Assembly: GCA_045656885.1 (NCBI GenBank)
Contig: JAZORZ010000071.1
Coordinates: 2,509-66,508 of the forward strand
Origin: Eubacteriales bacterium
GTDB lineage: Bacteria; Bacillota; Clostridia; Oscillospirales; CAG-272
Direction of reading: 5' to 3'
DNA: 64,000 bases
The notes under the pieces were generated by a model. It had not been told where the DNA came from and searched no databases. It worked only from the letters and a program-made list of their open reading frames with translations. The stretch's first letter is position 1. Every line of letters begins with the position of its first letter. Below, piece after piece: positions 53,005 to 64,000 of this stretch. The position numbers and the translations under genes were made by a program.

Positions 53005-53337
53005 ATGGAACAATACAAAGAAAAAATAATAGAAATTATGGCAAATTCTTCTATCTCTTTTCTCCTGTTGTTAATCTTGGGGTTGAGTGCATATGAGTTA
53101 TATCAACTCTGTAAGGCACAAAGAAAACCAAGAAAAGGAAACATTATTTCAGCAGCTGTTATGATTGTGCTTCAAATGTTTATTGCTTTGCTTGAACTTT
53201 TAGATTCAAGCATCAACGCAGAAACGTTAGCATATGCAACAATTATCATTGTTGTTTGTCTGTGTTTTCTCATTCCCGAGTCTGTTTTTTACTATCGAAT
53301 GAGAGGGCAAGAGAAAAAAAGAAAAGAGGAGCCCTAA
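53005..53337 (+). CDS. hypothetical small membrane protein (110 aa, 3 predicted TM), AT-rich
   Basis: Starts 2 nt after the recF stop. Its TAA overlaps the next ATG by 1 nt. Composition is visibly AT-richer than the neighbours and contains TTA codons. Confidence 0.55.
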   Translation: MEQYKEKIIEIMANSSISFLLLLILGLSAYELYQLCKAQRKPRKGNIISAAVMIVLQMFIALLELLDSSINAETLAYATIIIVVCLCFLIPESVFYYRMRGQEKKRKEEP

Positions 53338-53591
53338 TGTATTTACACGTAGGCAACAACCAAAACATCAGAGAGCGGAACATCATCGGTATTTTTGATG
53401 CCGATACGGCAACTGTTTCCACTATCACAAAAAAATATCTCTCGGCGGCGGACGCGCGGCGCGCGGTTGAATTCGCATCTGAGGAAATTCCCAAATCCTT
53501 TGTTTTATATAAGGATAGAGAGGGAAACTTTAAGGTCTGCTTTTCACAGCTTGCCGCGGCATCGCTCGTGGGCAGATCGATGCACGGATAA
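53337..53591 (+). CDS. DUF370 (RemB/YaaB-like) protein
   Basis: MYLHVGNNQNIRERNIIGIFD.. Conserved position between recF and gyrB in Bacillota. Confidence 0.8.
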   Translation: MYLHVGNNQNIRERNIIGIFDADTATVSTITKKYLSAADARRAVEFASEEIPKSFVLYKDREGNFKVCFSQLAAASLVGRSMHG

Positions 53592-53649
53592 AATAATCAA
53601 AAAATAATAGAAAGATTTTTTTATAAAAAAACATAAACCACTTGAAGGC

Positions 53650-53780
53650 GGGCCGTCGGGGACGTCGGCCCCTACAAAAGTTGTTTAGAATCATACGCGA
53701 AAATGCTTTTGGGTTTAGATGAGAAAAAGGACGCGTTAAGTGTTTTGATTTCTCGTAGGGGGCGACGTCCCCGACGCCCC
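53650..53780. repeat. Family-B REP-like pair in inverted orientation (BIME/MITE-like, 26-bp termini around an AT-rich core)
   Basis: Left arm gggccgtcggggacgtcggcccctac. Right arm gtagggggcgacgtccccgacgcccc. The arms are near-identical as reverse complements. Confidence 0.75.
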
Positions 53781-53913
53781 GAAAAACAAACGTTTATTGT
53801 GTGCAAGGTTGAACAATACAAAAAACTTTCGCAAAAATAAACATCTGATATCTTTTTAGAAACCCTATTGACAAGATCACAAAGGTTCTGACACCAACAG
53901 AAAGGAAACATAA

Positions 53914-55860
<1,947 letters not shown>

Positions 55861-55902
55861 TTCATACCCCTTGCAAATCTTACGAAAGGGGGATAGAAAA
55901 AC

Positions 55903-56745
55903 GTGAGAATTTTTCAAAACAAATTTTTCATCATTTACCTGTGCATTGCTTTGGTTTTGACAATTGTTCCGTCGGTATTTTCCATTATGGGTTATCGCAG
56001 TCTTGCAAAAAACATTGTAGGAACAGTCACAATGCCTGTGCGTTGGGTGGCAACCACAATCGGTAATGCGTTCCAGGGTTGGGGCAAATATTTTGCCAGC
56101 ATGAAAGCACTCGACGAAAAAAACAAAGCACTCATTGATGAAAACGCGGCTCTGAGGGAGCAGCTGCAAAATGCAGAGCTACTCGAAAAAGAAAACGAGC
56201 GGTTGCGTGATTATCTTGACATGAAGAACAAATATCCCTCTTTTAAGATGGAAGAGGGAATGGTCATCAGCCACTCATCGGGCAACTACATTACAAACTT
56301 TACACTCAACCGCGGCACGCTGCACGGCATTGAACCCAATATGCCGGTTGTCACCAAAGATGGCATTGTGGGCTACGTGGTTGAGGTTGGATTGAATTGG
56401 TGTATGGTATCCACCCTGATCGAAACGGCAACGTCTGTGGGTGCATACATTCCGCGCTCCGAGGTTGTTGGCATCGTCAGCGGCGATTACAGCATGCGCC
56501 AAGAAGGAACCTGCAAGATAGGATACATCGATGCCGCTGCCGACGTACAGGTCGGTGATACCGTTTATTCGAGCGGTACAGGCAGTGTCTATCCTGCAGA
56601 CCTCAAAATAGGAACAGTTACCTCTATTGAGGTAGACGAATACAACCGCACGCTTGTGGCAACCGTAACCCCCGCAGTGGATTTTTCATCGCTCAAATGG
56701 GTCATGGTCATTACGGGTTACGAAAATATTAGCGGTGATAAATAA
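55903..56745 (+). CDS. mreC: rod shape-determining protein MreC
   Basis: N-terminal TM, coiled coil (ENAALREQLQNAELLEKENERLRDYL), beta-barrel domains (..VVTKDGIVGYV.., GDTVYSSGTGSVYPADLKIGTV). GTG start. Confidence 0.85.
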   Translation: MRIFQNKFFIIYLCIALVLTIVPSVFSIMGYRSLAKNIVGTVTMPVRWVATTIGNAFQGWGKYFASMKALDEKNKALIDENAALREQLQNAELLEKENERLRDYLDMKNKYPSFKMEEGMVISHSSGNYITNFTLNRGTLHGIEPNMPVVTKDGIVGYVVEVGLNWCMVSTLIETATSVGAYIPRSEVVGIVSGDYSMRQEGTCKIGYIDAAADVQVGDTVYSSGTGSVYPADLKIGTVTSIEVDEYNRTLVATVTPAVDFSSLKWVMVITGYENISGDK

Positions 56746-56768
56746 AACACAGAAAAAGGAGTGAGGAC

Positions 56769-57308
56769 GTGTCGAGAAATCGCATTATGGGCTTTGAAGC
56801 ACAGGCACGCTCACGCCTTGTGGTGTTTGGTGTTTCGCTGGCACTCCTCATTCTCGGGGGAGCAATTCTTCAAACAAGTGTGTTTGGCAAGCTCACCTAC
56901 ATAGGTGCCGTTCCCGATTTAATGCTCTGTATAGTCACCTGTGTTGCTTTTTTCAACGGGCGACATCACGGAGCGATTACGGGTCTTGCGGCAGGCGCGC
57001 TGATTGAAGCCATTGCCTCGAGCGGAGTAGTACTGTTACCGTTGTTTTATATGGTCTTTGGCTACACGGCTGGGCATTACGCACGTGCCGTGCAACCCAA
57101 AAGATTTATACCGTATCTCATTTATTTAATGTTTGCACTGTTTTTGCGAGCGTCGGTTACTGTTCTTTACGCTTGCTTGACCTATCAAAACATAAACCTT
57201 GTGCAAATTTTCATTCACGCGGTACTTCCCGAAATACTGGCAACGACACTTGCGGGAATTGCACTTTACTTACCGCTCAAACTATTTTGTAAAAAATTGA
57301 AAGCTTAA
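56769..57308 (+). CDS. mreD: rod shape-determining protein MreD
   Basis: 179-aa polytopic membrane protein directly after mreC. GTG start. Confidence 0.7.
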   Translation: MSRNRIMGFEAQARSRLVVFGVSLALLILGGAILQTSVFGKLTYIGAVPDLMLCIVTCVAFFNGRHHGAITGLAAGALIEAIASSGVVLLPLFYMVFGYTAGHYARAVQPKRFIPYLIYLMFALFLRASVTVLYACLTYQNINLVQIFIHAVLPEILATTLAGIALYLPLKLFCKKLKA

Positions 57309-57346
57309 TCATCTCTTGAAATAAAGACAGGAAAGGGACAGAAATC

Positions 57347-59944
57347 GTGGCTAACGAAAAGGACAAAAATTTAGAAAAAGAACAGGAGCTCGCCCTGTTT
57401 GAAAATCAGAAAATCGTCGACGTGGGTATGGAAAAGGAAGTTAAAAAATCCTTTATCGAGTATTCTATGTCGGTTATTATGGCGCGTGCGCTTCCCGACG
57501 TGCGCGACGGAATGAAGCCCGGTGCTCGCCGTATTCTTTACGCGATGTACGAGGACGGCTTGGTGCATTCCAAGCCCTTCCGCAAGTCGGCTACCACCGT
57601 AGGTAACGTGCTCGGTCGCTATCACCCTCACGGTGACGCTGCTGTTTACGGCACTATGGTTCGCATGGCGCAGGATTTCTCTATGCGTTATCCTCTGGTA
57701 GAGGGACACGGAAACTTTGGCTCTGTTGACGGTGACGGCGCGGCTGCTTACCGTTATACCGAGGCACGTCTTGATAAGATTGCCGACGAAATGATGCGTG
57801 ATCTTGATAAGAACGTCGTTCCCATGATGCCTAACTTTGATAACCGCTTGCAAGAACCCACGGTTCTGCCTTCCCGTTTTCCCAATCTCTTGGTTAACGG
57901 CTCTATGGGTATTGCGGTTGGTATGGCGACCAATATTCCCCCTCACAACCTTGGTGAGGTCATTGACGCCACCATCTACCGCATGGATAACCCCGAGTGC
58001 TCGGTTGACGATTTGATGGAGTACATCAAGGGTCCCGATTTTCCCACTTATGCCACCATTTACGGCGTTAACGGCATTCGCTTGGCATACGAAACCGGCA
58101 AGGGTCACATCATGGTTCGTGCACGCGCAACCATTGAGGAAGACCACCGCCGCATTGTATTTACCGAAATTCCCTACGGCGTTAACAAGAGTTTGCTCTG
58201 CGAGTCTATTGCAAACTGCGTTAAGGAAAAGAGAATTGAGGGCATTACTGAGCTGCGCGACGAATCGGGCAGAGACGGTATGCGCATTGTTGTGGAATAC
58301 CGCCGCGACGTCAACTCGCAAATTCTTCTCAATCAACTGTATAAATATACCCAGCTGCAGGAGACTTTTGCTATCAATATGCTGGCTCTTGTTAACAACG
58401 AGCCCAAAGTTCTCAACCTGCCGCAAATTCTTGACCATTACATTGCTCACCAAGAGCAAGTCATCACGCGCCGCACCGAGTTCGAGCTTGAAAAGGCAAA
58501 GGCAAGAGCGCACATTTATGAGGGCTACAAGATCGCGCTTGATAACATCGACGAGATCGTGCAGATTATGAAGACCTCTCCCTCTATTCCTGCATCCAAG
58601 CAGACCTTGATGGAGCGCTTTGGTCTGACTGATATTCAATCGCAAGCCATTGTTGAAATGACCCTTGGTAAGCTGACCGGCATGGAAAGAAGCAAGATCG
58701 AAGACGAACTCGCACGCCTGCACGCTCTCATTGAAGAGCTTGAAGGCATTCTTGCCGACATTGGCAAGATCAAGCAGATCATTAAGGATGAGATGGGCGA
58801 GATCCGCCGCAAGTATGCAGACGACCGCCGCACCGACATTATGGCGGCCGAGCACGAGATCATTCTTGAGGACCTCATCGAGCGTCACAACTGTGTTATC
58901 ACACTCACCAACGCGGGTTACATTAAACGTCAACCTGCGGCAGTTTATTCTGCACAACACCGTGGCGGACGCGGCGTAATTGGTATGTCCACTAAGGAAG
59001 AGGACTTTATCGAAAAGGTCATTGCCGTTAACAGCCACTCTTATCTGTTGATGTTCACCAACACGGGTAAGGTTCAAATGCGTAAGGCATATATGATCCC
59101 CGAGGCGGGACGCACCGCACGCGGACAAAATATCGTTAACATTCTCGAGCTTGAGGCAGGGGAAAAGATCACCTCTTGCATCAGCGTAGACGAGTTTACC
59201 GACACCCATTACCTCACCATGGTAACCAGAAACGGTGTTATTAAGAGAACAAAACTTTCCGAATACGAATACCAACGCAAGGGCGGTAAGATCGCGCTCA
59301 CCCTTGACGAGGGCGACGAGCTGCTTTACGTAGTGCTGACTGACGGCACCTGCGAGCTTCTCATTGCAACCGAGCAAGGTCAAGCAATCCGCTTTGCCGA
59401 AGAGGGTGCACGCGCACTCGGACGTACCGCACGCGGTGTTCGCGGCATCAGTTTGCGCGAGGGCGACCACGTTAAGGGCGTTTGCACCGTTGAAGAAGGC
59501 AAGGATCTGCTCTGCATCACCGCAAACGGCTTTGGTAAGCGCAGCCCGTTCGATGACTTCCGCTTGATGAAGCATCGCGGCGGCTACGGTGTCACCTGCT
59601 ACAATCTGACCGAAAAGAGCGGTGACCTGACAGGTATTGCCGCTGTTGACGATAGCATGGATATTATGATGATCACCGATTCGGGTACCATTATTCGTAC
59701 TCCCGTTGCAGGTATTCCTTCCCGTTCCCGTAGTGCAGGCGGCGTAATCGTAATGCGCCTTGGCGAGGGACAACAGCTTGTCAACTTTACCGTTGTTGCT
59801 CGCGAAGAAGAGAACGAAGAGGAAGAAGTCGAATTCGATGAAGATGGCAACGAGATCGTAGCAGAAGTCACTTCTGAAGCAACAGAAGTTGTTGAAACGG
59901 CTGAACAGGTAGAGGAAACCACACAATCCCAAAGTGAAGAATAA
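57347..59944 (+). CDS. gyrA: DNA gyrase subunit A
   Basis: [47 protein letters not shown] (active-site Tyr), C-terminal beta-pinwheel and acidic tail. GTG start. Confidence 0.97.
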   Translation: MANEKDKNLEKEQELALFENQKIVDVGMEKEVKKSFIEYSMSVIMARALPDVRDGMKPGARRILYAMYEDGLVHSKPFRKSATTVGNVLGRYHPHGDAAVYGTMVRMAQDFSMRYPLVEGHGNFGSVDGDGAAAYRYTEARLDKIADEMMRDLDKNVVPMMPNFDNRLQEPTVLPSRFPNLLVNGSMGIAVGMATNIPPHNLGEVIDATIYRMDNPECSVDDLMEYIKGPDFPTYATIYGVNGIRLAYETGKGHIMVRARATIEEDHRRIVFTEIPYGVNKSLLCESIANCVKEKRIEGITELRDESGRDGMRIVVEYRRDVNSQILLNQLYKYTQLQETFAINMLALVNNEPKVLNLPQILDHYIAHQEQVITRRTEFELEKAKARAHIYEGYKIALDNIDEIVQIMKTSPSIPASKQTLMERFGLTDIQSQAIVEMTLGKLTGMERSKIEDELARLHALIEELEGILADIGKIKQIIKDEMGEIRRKYADDRRTDIMAAEHEIILEDLIERHNCVITLTNAGYIKRQPAAVYSAQHRGGRGVIGMSTKEEDFIEKVIAVNSHSYLLMFTNTGKVQMRKAYMIPEAGRTARGQNIVNILELEAGEKITSCISVDEFTDTHYLTMVTRNGVIKRTKLSEYEYQRKGGKIALTLDEGDELLYVVLTDGTCELLIATEQGQAIRFAEEGARALGRTARGVRGISLREGDHVKGVCTVEEGKDLLCITANGFGKRSPFDDFRLMKHRGGYGVTCYNLTEKSGDLTGIAAVDDSMDIMMITDSGTIIRTPVAGIPSRSRSAGGVIVMRLGEGQQLVNFTVVAREEENEEEEVEFDEDGNEIVAEVTSEATEVVETAEQVEETTQSQSEE

Positions 59945-60642
59945 TGGAAGAAACAAAAAAACTCACCAAGGAAATTATCCTTGTGTTTTTCAAAAAGCAT
60001 TACAAAAAAATTATAGCTGGGGCACTCGCGGTGGTGGTTTTGGCCGTGAGCTGCGTGCTCCTGTTCCAATGCAACGCCGCGCCGCGCATTGAGGATATTT
60101 ACGATAGAATGGTCTATCTTCTCGAATCCTCGCAAGAGGTCAATGCGCTCATTTACGGTTGCGGACTGCCTGTTTGGGAGGACGACTCCGAATACGTAGC
60201 GTTTGAACACATTTATTACGGTCTCGACTCTGCCCAACACTACGAAATCGTAATGCCCAATGCAAAATATCACACCGCGCAGGATATGAAGGATGCCATC
60301 GAAAAAATCTACTCCAAGGCGTATCTCGACGAGGTCATCTACACAGCAATTTTCGACGGCTTTGCCATCTCCGATAGTGTTGGTGGCTCGGTTGTCGGCG
60401 TTGCGCGATACTACGAGGAAGGTATGTACCTCTGGCAGTCTAAGGAGTTCCGTGTTACCCCCTACGAGGGTATGCGCATTTATGATTTTTCTACCATGAA
60501 GGTGCAGTCACTCGGTAAAAAAGACCGCTGCGTCATCACCGTCGACTCCTGGCTCGAGGATACTCCCGAAAACGTCGAAAACGTCGAAATTCTCATCGCC
60601 CTGCAGGACGGTCAGTGGTATTTAGATAATTTTATAGTGTAA
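59944..60642 (+). CDS. hypothetical membrane-anchored protein
   Basis: The start overlaps the gyrA stop by 1 nt. One N-terminal TM. No family recognised. Confidence 0.6.
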   Translation: MEETKKLTKEIILVFFKKHYKKIIAGALAVVVLAVSCVLLFQCNAAPRIEDIYDRMVYLLESSQEVNALIYGCGLPVWEDDSEYVAFEHIYYGLDSAQHYEIVMPNAKYHTAQDMKDAIEKIYSKAYLDEVIYTAIFDGFAISDSVGGSVVGVARYYEEGMYLWQSKEFRVTPYEGMRIYDFSTMKVQSLGKKDRCVITVDSWLEDTPENVENVEILIALQDGQWYLDNFIV

Positions 60643-60648
60643 TGGAAA

Positions 60649-60828
60649 AGTGGGGAAAACTTCTTGCAAGAAGTTTTCCCCACACCCCTTTCAAGAACTC
60701 TCTAACAAGGGACTATAGAAATAAGTTGTTAGTTTATAAACAGACAGTCGGCGCGTGCCTCTTGGCACGCTTTTGCTCTCGCGAGCGCGTGGGCACCACC
60801 AAGACCCCGCGCGCTAAGAAATTTGTTA
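60649..60828 (+). repeat. Family-A long intergenic element, copy 3
   Basis: gtggggaaaacttcttgcaagaagttttccccac + acccctttcaagaac + linker + two-hairpin module. Confidence 0.8.
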
Positions 60829-60872
60829 AAATAAAAAACAAGGAATATACCATTTCGTTCACAAAATGTTAT

Positions 60873-60905
60873 GTTCCCCCGCACCCCTTCAAAAAAGCAC
60901 GCACA
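60873..60905 (+). repeat. Family-A fragment (right hairpin arm + ACCCCTTCAAAAAAGCACGC)
   Basis: gttcccccgcaccccttcaaaaaagcacgcac. No matching left arm seen. Confidence 0.6.
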
Positions 60906-61093
60906 AAAAAATAAAAATAAAATAATTATGTTCGGCTGGACGAATTATTTAATTCGCATCGTAGTTTTTTATAACATAACACAAACCGATAATTTTTCTC
61001 GCAAAATGCGTTATTGCTTTTTCTGTGTTTATGGCGTATAATAAAGATGTCGACACAAAAAGGCCTTGAAAAAGAAAACAAGGAGAGAAAATT

Positions 61094-62263
61094 ATGAAAT
61101 TGACTATTGGTGAAAACATCCGCAATTTTCGCAAAAAGAACGATTTAACGCAAGAGGAGCTTGCCGACCGTTTGGGTGTGACTTATCAATCCATCAGCCG
61201 TTGGGAAAACGGCGCGACCTACCCCGACCTTGAACTAATCCCCGCGATTGCCGAAACGCTCTCGGTTACAATAGACGAGCTTCTCGGTATGCCGCAGATT
61301 GAAAAAGAAAAAAGAGCACTTGCAACCTTTGATGAGCTCCGCCGCGAGTGTATGAAAAAAGAATACGATGCCGACAAAATCGTAACACTTCTGCGCGATA
61401 TTCGCCGAAATTATCTAGATAGCGACTACGCGTGGCGTCCGTGGAGCGAGGGCAACGACCGTACATTCCGCGATCCCAAAATTTTGCCCGAGGTGCGCTT
61501 TTTGGCGGAGGAATATCTCAAGCGACATCCTATGTATCCCCATACCATTCAAACGATGGCAGAGGTTGAAGACGAAGAACATCTTAATGATTTCCTAAAA
61601 AAACACACTACCTCTTTTGATTGTTCGGAACGTGCATTGCTTTTTAGACGGTATATGTATCGCGGTGATGCGAAACGCTTTGAAACAGAAAGAAACTATC
61701 AGCTTTACCACGCATTTAACAAATTGCTTTGCCCGAGTTATCTGTTAAAATGGGGAGAAAGCAAAAACAACAAAGACTATGCGGATGATTTTATGGAAAC
61801 CATACTTTCTCTGATACGGCGAGATGCAACGGATGACGGTCCGGATATGTGGATAGCCGACCGCATAGAACTTGGATTAAAATCTGCGGTACGATTGATC
61901 TCTGTTAACAAGCAGAATGAAGCACTATTACAGATTGAAACGGCAGTAAAACTATTGGAAGAGACCATGAAAATTACAGATGAGGTGTTGTTGCCAACAT
62001 CCTGCCGTTTTCTTGAGAAAATGGAGTGGAAGGCAAAAGAGGATTGGTTGAGTCCCAATAACAATCCCGATGTTGCTGAAGAACGAATGATCTATATTTA
62101 TACGTCTATAAACGGTATGAGCACCTGCTATTGCATATACCCGAGCGTAGAGTTGTATACTTTGCAAGGCAAAGAATTCGACCCCATCCGCAACCACCCC
62201 GAATTTCAAAGTCTTTGCGAGCGCGTAAAAGCGCTGATTGTAACAAGACCAAAAGAAAAGTAG
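61094..62263 (+). CDS. XRE-family HTH regulator with a long helical (TPR-like) C-terminal domain
   Basis: IGENIRNFRKKNDLTQEELADRLGVTYQSISRWENG HTH, then ~320 aa of helical repeats. Promoter TTGCTT-17-TATAAT upstream. Confidence 0.75.
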   Translation: MKLTIGENIRNFRKKNDLTQEELADRLGVTYQSISRWENGATYPDLELIPAIAETLSVTIDELLGMPQIEKEKRALATFDELRRECMKKEYDADKIVTLLRDIRRNYLDSDYAWRPWSEGNDRTFRDPKILPEVRFLAEEYLKRHPMYPHTIQTMAEVEDEEHLNDFLKKHTTSFDCSERALLFRRYMYRGDAKRFETERNYQLYHAFNKLLCPSYLLKWGESKNNKDYADDFMETILSLIRRDATDDGPDMWIADRIELGLKSAVRLISVNKQNEALLQIETAVKLLEETMKITDEVLLPTSCRFLEKMEWKAKEDWLSPNNNPDVAEERMIYIYTSINGMSTCYCIYPSVELYTLQGKEFDPIRNHPEFQSLCERVKALIVTRPKEK

Positions 62264-62277
62264 GCGCTCACGCCAAC

Positions 62278-62460
62278 GCAAAACAACTTTCTTAGCGAGT
62301 AGGGGTGGTGGTCCCTAATCGCTCGCGGCAGCAAAAGCAAACGCCCACCGGCGTTGCGCCTCCCGTCTGTTAGTAAACTGGCAAATTTATTTTGATAACC
62401 CCTTGTCAGCAAGTTCTTGAGGGGGTGTGGGGGAACTTCTCGAAAGAAGTTCCCCCACAT
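62278..62460 (-). repeat. Family-A long intergenic element, copy 4 (inverted relative to copies 1-3)
   Basis: Its reverse complement aligns with copies 1-3. The hairpin gtgggggaacttctcgaaagaagttcccccac is at 62427-62458. Confidence 0.8.
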
Positions 62461-62470
62461 TTTCGCGTCT

Positions 62471-62839
62471 TCAAAACAAATTCTCCACCGAAAACTGTTC
62501 TAATCTTCTCACATCGTCAATGCTGTCTTGCAAGAGGGTGAGGGCGGCGTGGTAGCCGTAAACGTCACCGACCTCGGCACAGGAGAGGAGAGTTTGGCAA
62601 TGCTCGGAGAGCTTGTCAACGGTGAGAAAACCGACGGTGAGCCCCACGAGGGGCGCGTTCTTTTCCCACTTTTTGCAAAGGGCAGCGGCTTTTTCCACGC
62701 ACGTGGAATCGTTTGGTGAAGGGAGAGAATCTGCCATCTCTGTAAGACTGTCCGCCAAGCGGTTGATATAAATAAAATTTGCGGTTGCCGCCAAAACCAT
62801 CGCAAAAACCAAAATAACGGTCGCAATCAAAGATCTCAT
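62471..62839 (-). CDS. DUF4363-like protein
   Basis: ORF trimmed to ATG 62839. One N-terminal TM. Sits downstream of and overlaps a DUF421 gene, the usual pairing. Confidence 0.65.
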   Translation of the reverse strand: MRSLIATVILVFAMVLAATANFIYINRLADSLTEMADSLPSPNDSTCVEKAAALCKKWEKNAPLVGLTVGFLTVDKLSEHCQTLLSCAEVGDVYGYHAALTLLQDSIDDVRRLEQFSVENLF

Positions 62840-63519
62840 TTTTTCTCTCCTTTCATTTTGGGTATCCAATAAATCTCGCCTTGGCTGTTCGCAGTCACGC
62901 AAAACTGATCTGCCGGAGCCACCCCGCGTCGCAAAAGCTGTTTTTCCACCCACGCGCGATCTTTTCCAATCAGCGAGAGCCCTTTGTCATTGTAACAGTT
63001 TCCGTTATACACAACGTGCATCAAGCTTTCCTCGCTCGTGGTGATGTTCATTTGTTCCTGCGTCGGCGGAGAATATCGCGCGCGCGGAAGAATGGTCAAT
63101 CTGCCGTCCTTTTCGAGAATAGCATACCAAACGCAAGCAAGACTGCAAAATCCCTGTTGACGAATCTCGCTCATCAGCTCTTCAATCGAAAGGCGCGTAG
63201 CAACCAGCGCGGTTTGGTCAAGAATGCCGTCTTTGATGAGGATCGTGGGCGCCGCCGATAGAAAATTCTTCAGTTTTGGCACTCTTATTAATATATAGGA
63301 AGAAAAAACTTCGAGCGAGAGCAAAACGATCATTGGGATGATCGCGTGCAAAACGGGAATGTTCGGGTCGGTAATGGGGAGGGAGGCAATTTCCGAAAGC
63401 AGGAGCGTGGCAACAAGATCGGTCACTTCCAATTCTCCAATTTGTCGTTTTCCCATCAACCGCATAATTAAAATGAGAAAAATATAGACCAAAAGCGTGC
63501 GAAAAATCAGCGTTATCAT
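62836..63519 (-). CDS. DUF421 (YetF-like) membrane protein
   Basis: MITLIFRTLLVYIFLILIMRLMGKRQIGELEVTDLVATLLLSEIA.. is the typical DUF421 N-terminus. Confidence 0.8.
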   Translation of the reverse strand: MITLIFRTLLVYIFLILIMRLMGKRQIGELEVTDLVATLLLSEIASLPITDPNIPVLHAIIPMIVLLSLEVFSSYILIRVPKLKNFLSAAPTILIKDGILDQTALVATRLSIEELMSEIRQQGFCSLACVWYAILEKDGRLTILPRARYSPPTQEQMNITTSEESLMHVVYNGNCYNDKGLSLIGKDRAWVEKQLLRRGVAPADQFCVTANSQGEIYWIPKMKGEKK

Positions 63520-63611
63520 TCAAAATCTCCAAACAAAATGGGGTTTATTTTAGTATCATTTGTGAAACTTGCTATTATGCAAAAAAATGTAAAAAAAATT
63601 ATAAAAACCCC

Positions 63612-63640
63612 TTGACAAAAGATTTGTTGTGTGATATAAT
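63612..63640 (+). promoter_or_regulatory. rRNA operon promoter
   Basis: TTGACA-17 nt (ending TGa)-TATAAT, full consensus with extended -10. ~200 nt upstream of the 16S 5' end. Confidence 0.75.
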
Positions 63641-63841
63641 ATGCAAGATGCCGCGCAAAAGTGGCGTCACACGGTCATTGAAAATTGAACAACAAGAGAG
63701 AAGTACAAAGCTAAAAAAATAGTATGTGTATTGGATCTCGAACAATTCAAAAGAGAATACTACTCAAACAAAAAGTAAAATTGCTAAGAGCAAAAGCTCG
63801 ATGTAAACAGATTGAATCAGCTAAGGCTGTTTTAATACAAT

Positions 63842-64000
<159 letters not shown>

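Noticed and set aside
57371-59956. 861-aa ORF on the minus strand opposite gyrA. Similar very long antisense ORFs lie opposite rny (7739-9091), the aminotransferase (13868-14989), the 555-aa lipoprotein (16221-17828), glgP/glgA/glgD/glgC/glgB (22536-30250), ahcY (34394-35653), parA/parB/serS, dnaA (48816-49829), dnaN and gyrB (54811-56169).
   Set aside because: They are codon-aligned shadows of clearly identified genes. For gyrA I checked that the antisense codons are in register with the sense codons, so the frame stays open simply because the sense gene contains no TTA, CTA or TCA codons. The translations are low-complexity and match no family.

Overview
This window is the origin-proximal part of a Bacillota (Clostridia-like) chromosome. 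All calls come from reading the sequence and ORF track by eye; no searches were run.

Core content:
- dnaA-dnaN-recF-(small AT-rich ORF)-DUF370-gyrB-mreC-mreD-gyrA. The dnaA-dnaN spacer holds a textbook oriC: a DnaA-box cluster, a GC cluster and DnaA-trios.
- mnmG-rsmG-[4 tandem parS]-parA-parB-serS.
- A complete glycogen operon, glgB-glgC-glgD-glgA-glgP.
- rny, rpsU (58 aa, missed by the ORF track), rpmF, yceD, tmcAL, mrnC, alr, ahcY and a CopA ATPase.
- The 5' end of a 16S rRNA gene behind a consensus promoter.

Unusual content:
1. A structured GC-rich intergenic repeat family (8 copies or fragments). Its hairpins show compensatory changes between copies, and it keeps a fixed orientation relative to the 3' ends of genes.
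2. A second repeat family with REP/BIME architecture (hairpin + CCCCTAC / GTAGGGG).
3. A NERD-nuclease operon with an unrecognisable partner, next to an XRE repressor and a SLOG-like gene. This is the best candidate for an undescribed conflict system.
4. A strongly AT-rich two-gene cassette between rny and rpsU.
5. An exact 13-mer present 5 times on one strand within 4.8 kb. Two of the copies bound a 63-bp in-frame insertion in mnmG.
6. A G10 tract in the spacer of the promoter driving three lipoprotein genes.
7. An in-frame MFS permease-GH2 fusion.
8. A second DnaA-box cluster 38 kb from oriC, and an atypical head-on orientation of the mnmG-parB block.

Many long ORFs in the track are codon-aligned antisense shadows of real genes and are rejected.
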